Assembly: GCA_051294375.1 (NCBI GenBank)
Contig: CM119266.1
Coordinates: 26,447,387-26,511,386 of the forward strand
DNA: 64,000 bases
Direction of reading: 5' to 3'
DNA from: Paraspadella gotoi
Taxonomy: Eukaryota; Animalia; Chaetognatha
Part shown: positions 49,779-60,330 of the stretch, in pieces
Position numbering within the stretch: position 1 is the stretch's first letter
How the letters are laid out: each line of letters starts with the position of its first letter
Notes under the pieces: generated by a model
Told to the model about the DNA's origin: nothing
What the model saw: only the letters and a program-made list of their open reading frames with translations
Databases searched by the model: none
Program-made: the position numbers and the translations under genes

Positions 49779-51864
49779 GTTTGTTTAAATTACTGATGTT
49801 CCTTAATGTACAATTTTTATTCATTGATATGTTTGTTTTGACCAATATACTGGGACATCATCATTGAATGACACCAAAAAAAATTGTAAAAGCTTACAAA
49901 CGACTAATAAACTTTAGTATAAAATAATTCAAAAACGGTAATTATGTGTTTCACCGAAGTAACTTTTTTATTATAAGAGTTAATTCTATAAGTGACAAAC
50001 GACCTATGATCAGTCACTTATCTGATAGGTTATCTGTAAAGTTAAGTTTAAGTATAAATTAAAATAATTGAATATTTGATAAATTATTCCATATAAAATT
50101 TTTGGTTATGTGACTGCATTTTTAATTGATCATGTGACTCGCGGCGCAACGAGATTCTTTACCGATTGTAAATTTAAGTTTATACACTCTGCTGCAGTCT
50201 GCAGCAAAAAAGACGCTTAAGGTCAAAACTGAATTACAGGATTTTGTTAACACTTGCAAATACTTTTAGGTTGGTAATGCTCTACCGCTGTTTAGGCCTT
50301 ATACTAGAAGATGGTAGTACAAATGGGAAAGATCAGAGTGAAGAGGCCAATCAACAGCAGTAGAGAGTTTCCCGTAAGAAAATTGGTTAAAAAATTTGAT
50401 ATTTTAGCTTGAAATGTCAATTGTAATTCCGTGCCCATGTCTAAATCTCAGTCCAAACCTAATACATGGAGGTCCTGATGGGACTAACTTCAAGGGCTTA
50501 CAGCACGAAAACGGTTTAGGATAGAAGAAAAAAGAGACTATATTTGGAAACTAGTTTAAATTTTCTTTTGATCGATATTAAAAACGTCTGGAAAATCCGC
50601 TTTTATGAAAATTTTGGCGAAAATAAAGATGAAGGATGGTGACTTTTGGCTGCGGAGTTTTTCTGACTGCAATCCCCATGATTATTAAAAATGTATGACT
50701 GAAGCAAAATGTTTCACGCATCCCCTCTAGAATTGTTGATTTTCTGACAGCAACAATAGAGTGGATAAAGCGCTCAGTGGGATAAAGAGTGCTATCCGCA
50801 TTCCACAACTTTTTTAACCCCCTCTAAAAGCTTTGGAACGGGTCCTGGGCTTGGAACCAGGCTTAAGGGTTTTCGTCTCGTCGGTCCTATTGCTTTGCCA
50901 AAGTTTAGAGTTTAGAGAGAGAGACCGGTGGTAAGTCGCCTAACTTTATTCATTAAAACTAATGAATATCAATGATTATTAGAAAATAGTAATAAATACT
51001 AATAATTTTTAGTATATATATATATACATACTTAACATTTTTATCGTCGCAATCGCTTTGCGTTTGTGACGATCTAGTAACGCTTTTGGGAATAAGTGGC
51101 GTAGTCGTCGTCGGCGTTCCAAATTATAGATCGCCTTTTTGATGATTAAATTTGGGTGTATGAAGCTGAAAATTTATATACAGCTTCTCATCATTGATGT
51201 CCTTAAAATTGGGTCAGGACAGTTATTAAATGTTTTGTTTACGTTTTTATCAAAACAAATAAATATCCTCTATTTTATTTTCATGTCTCTTTCTCTCTCT
51301 CTTTCTCTTTTAATTATATGTAGCTCTCTCTCTCTCTTTTTCCCAGTGCTTATTCATCGAAAAAAACGAGTCTGTAGCTGGCTCTGCAGGGGCTCTTTCT
51401 TTTCCTCTCTTTCTCCTGCTGCTTCTGCTGCTGCCTTTTGATTTCTTTCTTTTTTTTTCTCTCTCTCTCTCTCTCTGCGTTTTTATAAAAAAAAAAGAAT
51501 TAGGATTGAACTCGTAAAATTAGGCATCGCATTCGTGCATGTTATTATTTTGCTATCGCAACATAGGGTTTTATTTCGTTTTTTTTCATGGGCTGCGTCT
51601 GCTGATCAGTTTATTTTTGACAATGAAAGTTTTTTTTTTCTTTTCTTTTTTTAGAAACTGTAACTTTAATTTTCCTGCGTCTGCTGATCAGTTTATTTGA
51701 CAATGACAAAAAAAAACTTTTTTTTTTCAGAAACTAACTTAAATTTTCCTCGGTACTTTATTATTTTTTTTTAATTGACAATCTTATGTATATACTCTCT
51801 TTTCGTTGTTTTGAAGTATTAGGAGAAAAAGTTTTGGTTTGACAACGATTTTTTTTACATAATT

Positions 51865-51910
51865 AGCAGACATGTTTCGGCTCATTCAGTTAGAGCCTTC
51901 ATCAGTGTTT
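51865..51910 (-). ncRNA. Minimal type I hammerhead ribozyme core, left (inverted) pLTR
   Basis: Minus strand CTGATGA-A-GGCTC-loop-GAGCC-GAAA-CATG-TC. Confidence 0.75.
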
Positions 51911-52303
51911 GACAATCAATATTGAGTCTCTGTTGAAGTAAGTTTGAGAGAGAGAGAGAGAAAAATTGAGGGAGAGTTTCCAACAAAGAATAAGGTAAGG
52001 AACAGTGGTCAGATGTGAGGACAGCTGAAGGTGAGGAGAGGGAAGAAGTAAGTTTTGAAAAATGAAAAGGAGAGTGGGAGAAGAGAGAGAGAGCAAAGCA
52101 AAAAATTAAACAATACATTTAGCAATGTACAACAGAGATAAAGTGCAATAAATAAACTAAAAATAAACTGAAATTAATGTTAACAACAGAAAATAATAAT
52201 AAGTTAGTGAAATAAAGTGAAATTTGAAATAGAAAAGTAAGTGGTGAGGGATAGATAAGTGAAGAAAAGTGAAAGTAAGTAAAAGAAAGAGCTCAAAAAT
52301 GAG

Positions 52304-53400
52304 GTGGAAGCTTTGGCTTCTTTTCGATCTCTGCATGGGGCATGGTATCAGAAAGCAGACGATACTATTCTGGCCGTGAAAAGGGATCTGGTTGATACCC
52401 TTCTGACCTATTTGAACAGCATTGAAGCGAGTATCAAGTGGACTTGCGAAAACAAGGAGAATGGTAAAATTCCAATGCTCGATGTGCTTATAAAGTGCAA
52501 AGAGGGCGGCTCATTGGAATTTTCTGTCTATCGCAAACCAACACATACTGATCAATACATTCCCTTCGATTCGCATGCTCCCTTGTCGCACAAGCTCGCC
52601 ACGGTCAGATCCCTTACCAGAAGAGCTCAGCTGATTCCGTCGACCCCCGAGCTCCAGGCTGTCGAGCTTGAGCATGTCAAGAGCCTTGGCACTCAATGGT
52701 TACCCTCTGTGGGCTTACGAGAAGGCAAGGTTCCGGCTGAACCTGCCTGTGGGCAGTGGCCACCGAGGGGCTGCCCAAGTAACTGCTGACGCAAGTTCAA
52801 CCTCTGCCCCCCTGGAGGACGAACGAGACCTTGCTGCTGAAGGACCGACCGCGCCCACCACAGCGCAAGTGGGAGATAAGCAGAAGTGTCTCAGGAACGT
52901 GGGTCATGTCTCCCTCCCCTACCACCAGGGGATCACTGAAGCACTGGTGCGGGTGCTGGCAAAGCAGGGGATCTCCAGTGCAGTGACGACCCGCAGCTCC
53001 TTACGTGAGCAATTGGTGAAACCGAAAGACAAAATCCCCAGACCGAAAACATCAGGAGCCGTCTACTGGGCGGCCTGTGCAGGGAAGGGCAACCAACCCT
53101 GCACAGCAGCATACGTGGGCGAGACAGGAAAGTCTCTGACAGATCGGTTCAAGCTGCACACAAAGCCATATCGGGACCCACGTGGTCATTACTTATCGGC
53201 CATTGCCGAGCACACGGCAAATTCTGGCCATCTGTTCAGAGAAACTGACTGTCTCGTGTTGTCCCATGACCAGAACTGGTTTTCCAGAGGTATTAGAGAG
53301 GCAATCTACATCATCACGGTTCAGAGAGGGTTCGAGAGCTTTGGAGGACGATTCGACCTCCCTCCAAGCGATGATTCGCTTATCCAAATGGTGGTGGAAC
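52304..53400 (+). pseudogene. Penelope-like RT thumb plus GIY-YIG endonuclease, frameshifted
   Basis: IPMLDV, VYRKPTHTDQYIPFDSHAP and NGYP motifs; GAVYWAAC...C..YVGETGKSL..RF..H and REAIYI; frameshift near 52680; the catalytic YxDD position reads KADD. Confidence 0.85.
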
Positions 53401-54200
53401 GCCCAGAGCCACCCCAACCGCACAATGATTCCCCCGTCCCCACTCAACAGGTCAGGCGGAGGATGGCAATGGACGTCCGATACCTTTCCCGAGCCTGTAG
53501 CAACTTGGCGCGACTCTCCTCGCGCCGAGCGTCGCCCAAAACGACGGCTACAGGAGGAGGGAGAGGAGTCTGTATCTCCTGTAGCAAAACAGGCCAGAAC
53601 AGGCAACTGCCTGCCTCACCGTCAGGTGAGAGGAGGGCGGTCGGCAGGCTTATCAGGCCAAAGGGATGTACGAGTAGCACTCGGCATTTTCCCAGGCGGA
53701 TCTCTTCCGGATCCCAGCATGTCAAACTCTACAAGTATACCCTCGCAACCTATGACAGGCCAATGACCCGACCTTATCATCGTCCTCCATTTGCCCGGCC
53801 GGTGGGGGGCCAGCTCATTTTTGAGCTCTTTCTTTTACTTACTTTCTCTTTTCTTCACTTATCTATTCCTCACCACTTTTCTATTTTAAATTTCACTTTA
53901 TTTCACTAACTTATTTATTTTCTGTTGTTAACATTTAATTTCAGTTTATTTTTAGATTTATTTATTGCACTTTATCTCTGTTGTACATTGCTAAATGTAT
54001 TGTTTAATTTTTTTTTTCTCTCTCTCTGTCTCCCACTCTCTTTTCATTTTTCAAAAACTTATTTTTTCCCTCTCCTCACCTTCAGCTGTCCTCACATCTG
54101 ACCACTGTTCCTTACTTTATTCTTTGTTGGAAACTCTCCCTCAATTTTTCTCTCTCTCTCTCTAAACTTACTTCAACAGAGACTTCAATATTGATTGTCA

Positions 54201-54247
54201 AAGCACTGATGAAGGCTCTAACTGAATGAGCCGAAACATGTCTGGCT
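54201..54247 (+). ncRNA. Minimal type I hammerhead ribozyme core, right pLTR
   Basis: CTGATGA (54206-54212), stem II GGCTC/GAGCC, GAAA (54233-54236), palindromic CATG, GTC triplet ending at 54242. Confidence 0.8.
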
Positions 54248-54661
54248 AATTATGTCAAAAAAAATTGTTGTCAAACCAAAACTTTTTTTCTCCTAATTGA
54301 CAATCCTAAAATATAATTTTTTTTTGTTTATAAATTAATTTTCTTTTCTCAAATTTTCTTTTTTTTAGTATCAAAATTTGTCGTTAATAAAGATTTTTCT
54401 TATGCGATTGCGACGATCCTTATGCTTTTAAGATTTTTATAAATAATTATTATTATATTAAAAATCTCTAACATTGTGTTAAATAATAACGAATAGCAAT
54501 CAATAAAAGAAAATTGTATATTATCTAGCAGGAAAGTATACTGATATTAAACATGTAAAACATAGTTTTAGGGTTATTTTTTATTATTATAATATATATT
54601 ACGCTTTGTAAAAATGATAAATTTTAATAATTTTAATGATTAATGTATTTAATATTTTCAG

Positions 54662-54771
54662 AGGGATTAATAGGAATTATCGTTGCAGCCATAGTATTGC
54701 TCATAATCATCGCAGTCATTTTGATTTTGCTGAAAAGAAGAAGAGAAAAAGAATTACTGGAACTGGAACAG
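54662..54771 (+). CDS. LRR membrane protein, exon 5 (transmembrane helix)
   Basis: TTTTCAG acceptor, phase 1; GLIGIIVAAIVLLIIIAVILILL followed by KRRR stop-transfer; CAG|GTTTGT donor. Confidence 0.85.
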
Positions 54772-54902
54772 GTTTGTTTTTGATCTTGGATTTACAGCCC
54801 TATAGAGAAGTGCTTTTGGATATCTTGTGTTTTCTCGTTGAAAATATGTATAATAATAAATATAATATACAAATATAATAAACCAATATTTATTTTATTT
54901 AG

Positions 54903-55019
54903 AGAGACCCAGACGATGTAGAGTGGGACCCGGAAAACGATTATATGGAAAGTTTTGAAGACACGCAATCTAACTTTTCTTCAAAAGCAAAGGCCGTCGC
55001 TCATGAATCAAACATTTGA
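54903..55019 (+). CDS. LRR membrane protein, exon 6 (short acidic cytoplasmic tail)
   Basis: TTTAG acceptor, phase 0; RDPDDVEWDPENDYMESFEDTQSNFSSKAKAVAHESNI*; the six exons total 1890 nt = 629 aa + stop. Confidence 0.75.
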   Translation, partial: RDPDDVEWDPENDYMESFEDTQSNFSSKAKAVAHESNI

Positions 55020-57044
55020 ATTTGAGCACATTTCTTTTGCAAAACATTGTTTTTCCAGGAGGAAGAATTTGTACACATGTATTATTTTTTGCGTTAAGTA
55101 TTCTTTTTCAAATTTTTTTGCAAATATTATCGAAAATCTAATGTGCCATAACTATTTTTTTTCTTGTTCCGACTTTATTTTACTTTTTTTTGTGTTTCAC
55201 TGAATACCCTGTTGGTTTCGATATATCAATTTTATTTTGGAACAAGTATTGTTTAAAGTAATAATTAAAATTGTTTTTGTTTTTTTTTTTGTTAAGTTTT
55301 CATTTGTATTAGTAATTAAAAAAATTATTTAAATTTTTTTAAAAACTAATTAAAAAACGTTTTAGTATGTTTAAAAAATGTTATTGATAGAAATTTTAAT
55401 TTTTAAGCTTGTTCCGGTTGTTTTGCCGGCATTATTTTACTTTCGCCGACTGGGGTAAAGGGGGGGGTTAGGGTAAAGGGTGGTATAGGGGTAGTTTAAG
55501 TTTAGGGGTTATCAGGGTTATAGATTTATAGTAATTGGGTAATAATATTTTTAGAAGGCGGAAGTAAAGTTTTACCGTTTTTTCTTATGATTATAAATGT
55601 CACGTATGAATACAAATTTACTAAAATGGTTATTGCTGTTGCCAGATTAAGACCATATCATATTGGTCATAGATAAATATAATGTATCTCGTTATTTTAA
55701 AACTTTTGCGAATATAATTGCTTTTAGCCTCTAGTGTGCCCCACTAGTCGGTTTAAAAAACCTTCTTGAAGTTTTGTATTTTAGACCAGCCGATTCACGT
55801 TGATATTAAAAAAATTATTCAATATTCATTCACTCAATTCTCAAATTAATGAACATTTTCTTAAGTTTTTCTCAATTTAATCACTAAATCCTGAAGGTAT
55901 TCGAAGTTAGTTGACAGCAGCAGACTATATCCCACCAATCGCCACTCCAGTTCCTCTCATCTCTCGATCATTTTTAGTTCAATATTTTTTGTTTGCTTTG
56001 GGGATGAAATTGGGGGACCTAATAGTGAATTTTATTCACTGTATTCTCGATTACTTACCGTTGGTCCGCAATTTTCGAAATTTCATTGCCCTTTTTTTCT
56101 GCATTATCCCGCTTCTTTTTCTGGGAGTCGCTTCTTTGTCTCGCTTTTCACACTCAAACTGCTCTGTTGCTCCTGCGACCGTTCGCAACTCTTTCACTGC
56201 TATAAATTTAACTTCGGCGTTTTTAGTCAAGCGAGTTCGTAATATTGACTTTTAATGACTTATGTACGTTAAATGTCTTTTACACTCCTGTGCAAAAAAA
56301 AACTCGCTTTAAATTCCAGACGCTCTATAAAGATATTTTAAAAAAATTATATAAGAAAAATTAGGGTAACTTTACTATTCGGCGTCCGCAACCAACTTTA
56401 GGTACCAGCGGTCGGTGCTTTGTTAATCCATTTAATTTTGTTTTCCCTCTGGAGTCGAGTCTTAGTTTGCACAGTAATATACTGGTAATATAGTAATACT
56501 GGTAATACAGTAATATATTGGTTGTACCAATTTCATACAATTTTTTTAATAAATAATAGTTTTAAATTTATTTTAATTAATATTTTTGTTTGAGGTAGAA
56601 AATGAATTGTTTGTTGATGTACAACGAGTTTTATTAAGAAATATAAATTTCGGACTTCAATATAAGCCTTTATCAGCACAAAAAGAATAGATTTGTGAAA
56701 CAAATATTTTTACAGACTCTCTTCAAATATTGTGAAAATATTTGTTTTACAAATCAATTCGTTTATGAGTTTATGAAGGCTTACATTGAACCATTATATT
56801 TCTAAATAAAACTCGTATTTTTTAAACGGTAAGCAATTGGGTTAGGGGTGGTTCGGGACAAGGGGTAGTTAGGGTTAGGGGAGGTTTCGAAATTAAATTT
56901 GTGATATAAAGATTTTCTACCTTTACCAGTGTCATTTATTTTTCCGTAATGAGATTCTATATGTCGCTCATAAGAAGCGAAAAACAAATAACAGACCGCA
57001 AAATCCCGGCGAATGTAAAAATAAACCAAAAATTAATTATTTTA

Positions 57045-57736
57045 AACAAGTTTGAGCAAACCATGTCGGATCTGCCCATGATCATTATCAGTAAATAATT
57101 AATAATTAATTCAAATTAATTAATTAATAATTAATTTATTCAAGTTAATTATTTAATTAATTAGGCAATTAATTAATATGATCCGAAATGTTTGTTTTGA
57201 TTAATTGACTGATTAATTAATTATTGATTAATTAATTGACTAATTGATTAATTAACTGATTAATTATTTGATTAATTAATACATCTTGCATTTACATTTG
57301 AAATAAAAAGAAAAAAAAGCATAATCAATTAATGAAATAGGTTCCTTGTTTTTTCTATTTAAACTCATTTCCACTCAAACGATTCAATCGAAACTTGATT
57401 TCCAGATTAATCACACACTTTTCTACTCAAATACAAAATTTCAAGTCAATCGCCCCATCCACTCATGAGTAATTAGTATTCAAATAGTGAAATATATTTT
57501 TTTGTTTTTTCCATTTAAACTCATTTCCACTCGAACGATTCTATCGAAACTTCATATACAGCCCAATCACATACTTACCCACACACAAAATTTCATTCCA
57601 ATCCATCCTTCCTATCACGAGTAATTGGTGTTTTTTGCTAAGGTGGGATGAGTGCCCGACAAAATTGAGGGGGCGGACTGACAGACCGACAAAGTGAATT
57701 ATACTTTATTGAGTCGGGATCAGCAGATCCCGACTA
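57045..57736 (-). mobile_element. HINE/DINE-1-like element (family A), short copy
   Basis: Both termini present; close match to 23629-24379. Confidence 0.8.
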
Positions 57737-59189
57737 AAAATATCGTAACCAATACAACACTGCATCACTTTTTTTACCAAAAGAATCAAAGACAAGCTGA
57801 AGGGAGTAATGCAGTTGTTCTTAGTTTCTATCTTATCACATATCAATTTTTTTTAAAAGTAATTTGTCACTAAAGAGGTCTTTCAAAAGAAATAAAACTT
57901 ATTTGTAGTATAAAAACTTTGATTGGGTGAGAAACCGAATCATCTTTTAAAAAAATATATTTCGCTTGATGAGGGAAAATTTTTTTTTAGCGATAAGTTT
58001 GTCCCAACATGTTCGAAAGCTATTTTAATCAATATTTTGGTCATTTCAAAAACGTAAATGATTTTTCTATCAAATGGAATTTGACCCAATGTCTATATCT
58101 ATAAGATGAATCAAAATTTTAAAACATTTTTTTAAATAAAAATATATTTTATAACAGAAAGGTCCTATTCAAATGCAAAAAAATTATTTTTTAAAAATTC
58201 GACCATATTATTGATAAGCACTTAACTAAGAAAGTAAGCGAGCTTGATTATTGGGAGTCAATTTTTTTATCAGGGTATAAAATCTGAAGTTATCATATAA
58301 TTTAACCACCATATTTGATCATTTTATTTCATTTCCATTTAAAATCCGTATAAAATCTTCAGAATCATAGACCTGTCTTTCATCGTATGTTTCAATAACC
58401 TTAAGATTATTATTTAGGGATCTGGGGCAATCCAGCTATCCCTCCGTATGTCCAGTATAATTTTTTTAAAAATGTAAATATATAGGGTGATTTTTAAAGT
58501 CTGAAATAAAGGAGCGATTTTTTTGCACATGACTGTATATTAAAGCGTAGCAAAAATATTAAAATCAAGTAGAATCAAAATTCAAATAGTCGATCACGAA
58601 CAGGTGAACCTGTGAACATTCTTAAATAACAAAAAAATAATTTTTATTTTTCAATTTTCGCATACGCCCATATCTAAACAAGGTACTCGCCATAGAAAAT
58701 GTTAAAATTTTAAATTCTTCACGAAAAGTTGATATAAGGAAATATATCTCTTTTTAAAAAATTATTTCATTAAGTGGATCAAAATCCTAAAAAACTATTA
58801 TTATTAACCTATAATTATATTTTAGTATAAAAAATATACTTTTTAAAATTTTTGGCAAACTTAAAGAATTTTTGATTAAGACTTATATTTTCTTTTGTCA
58901 ACTTTTTCTGACGAATTCGAATCTGCTTTCAAAACTAATAAAACATTTTTTAAAAATTTTAACATTTTCTATGGTATAAATATAGGCGTATATATGCGAA
59001 AATTGAGAAATTTAAAAACAATTTTTTTATTATATCAATGTTCTTTAGTCCAAAACTGTTCATGATTAACTGTATATGTAGTAATCCATCATAAAGTATA
59101 TTTTGAAAAATGAAGTAGCTCCATTTTTGCTTTTGTTCCTTCCAAATTTTGCAAAGGTGATGTCTCATGGACGTTTTTTCACATATCGA

Positions 59190-60185
59190 ATGCCCCGCGT
59201 GACCGTCTTATCGCGTTACGGTCTTGGCCCCACTCTGCGCGCCTCTCGGCCAGAGATCCCTGTCGTCGAGGTCGATCCTGACGCTGTCGCCGCTAACGAT
59301 GCCGACGCCATCTCTAAACTTAAGGAAGCGGAAGTCCTCTTTGGCGAACCTTTGCTCGTTGCTCCGGTGTGGTCTCAGCTGGGGCGCCTGCGTTGGTTTC
59401 AAAGCACTTGGGCCGGGAACGACGCACTCTTCCGCGCTCTCGCGGAATCCTCCCCGCGAGCCAGTGAGACGGCTCCGCCTTTCGTCATGACCCGTTTCTC
59501 GGGTCAATTTGGTCCGCAGATGGCCGAGTTCGTCATTTCCCACGTCGTGGCCCACCATCGCAAGATTTGGACAATGCTCGAGGCGCAGCGGGCGAAAAAG
59601 TGGATTCAAGATTCACTATTAAACGTCACTCCCCTGTCCAAGTTAGCCATCGGGATTCTCGGCGTCGGCGATATCGGTCGCGAGATCGCGCGCGTCTGTA
59701 AAGTAGGCTTTGGCATGAAAGTCCTTGGTCTGGTCACATCCGTTGCTGGTCGGACCGAGGCGCACATCGACGAGCTTTTCGACCAGACTCGGTTGCCAGA
59801 GTTGCTTCACGAGTCCGACGTTGTCTGCAACGTTCTGCCCTCGACCCCTCGCACAGTTGGCTTACTCTCCGGCGAGGTCTTGTCCTACTGTCGCCCTCGC
59901 AAACCTCTCTTCATCAACGTCGGTCGCGGCGACATAATCGACGTCGACTCGCTGGTCCACGCCTTGGAAGAGGGTTACATCTCGCGCGCCGTCCTCGACG
60001 TATACGAGAAGGAGCCGTTGCCACCGGAGAGCCCCTTGTGGGATAGGACGGACGTCTTCGTCTCTCCTCACGTTTCCGCTCCAACGGTCGGGGCCGAAGT
60101 CGTCGCCCTTTTTGGTGAAAACTTTGAGAATTTTGTGCAGGAAAAACCCTTGAAGCATGTCGTTGATTGGAGAAAAGGCTATTAG
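59190..60185 (+). CDS. D-isomer-specific 2-hydroxyacid dehydrogenase (glyoxylate/hydroxypyruvate reductase A-like), intronless
   Basis: WFQSTWAG; Rossmann GILGVGDIG; FINVGRG; AVLDVYEKEPLP; SPHVSA (Arg/Glu/His catalytic set). An alternative in-frame ATG lies at 59160. Confidence 0.92.
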   Translation: MPRVTVLSRYGLGPTLRASRPEIPVVEVDPDAVAANDADAISKLKEAEVLFGEPLLVAPVWSQLGRLRWFQSTWAGNDALFRALAESSPRASETAPPFVMTRFSGQFGPQMAEFVISHVVAHHRKIWTMLEAQRAKKWIQDSLLNVTPLSKLAIGILGVGDIGREIARVCKVGFGMKVLGLVTSVAGRTEAHIDELFDQTRLPELLHESDVVCNVLPSTPRTVGLLSGEVLSYCRPRKPLFINVGRGDIIDVDSLVHALEEGYISRAVLDVYEKEPLPPESPLWDRTDVFVSPHVSAPTVGAEVVALFGENFENFVQEKPLKHVVDWRKGY

Positions 60186-60330
60186 TATTAAGTGCGATCC
60201 TGGAGTTGAATACGTTCTGGAGGCTTATGGGAATATGAAAAAAAAGTTTGTTTCTTTACGGAAAAGAAAATTAGGACCGAGACATGATGATCTCAAATAC
60301 GCTGAATTTATCGGATTAGATATTTGTTTT

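Larger units (their letters stand above)
51784..54293 (+). mobile_element. 5'-truncated Penelope-like retroelement with inverted pseudo-LTRs
   Basis: RT C-terminal motifs and a GIY-YIG endonuclease; ~490-bp inverted repeats at 51818-52307 / 53810-54296; direct repeat TAATTGACAATC at 51772-51783 and 54294-54305. Confidence 0.9.
51041..54435 (+). mobile_element. HINE-like element (family B) hosting the Penelope-like insertion
   Basis: subTIRs ATCGTCGCAATCGC (51043-51056) and GCGATTGCGACGAT (54404-54417); 5' partial inverted repeat; 3' CCTTATGCTTTTAAGATT; T-run flanks. Confidence 0.7.

Noticed and set aside
53182-53766. Overlapping alternative-frame and antisense ORFs in the PLE
   Set aside because: Expected in GC-rich sequence; no recognisable motifs.
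59103-59159. TTG-initiated N-terminal extension of the dehydrogenase
   Set aside because: Non-ATG start in AT-rich flank; composition and homology begin near 59160-59190.
59208-60158. Antisense and alternate-frame ORFs over the dehydrogenase
   Set aside because: Shadow ORFs caused by high-GC codon usage.
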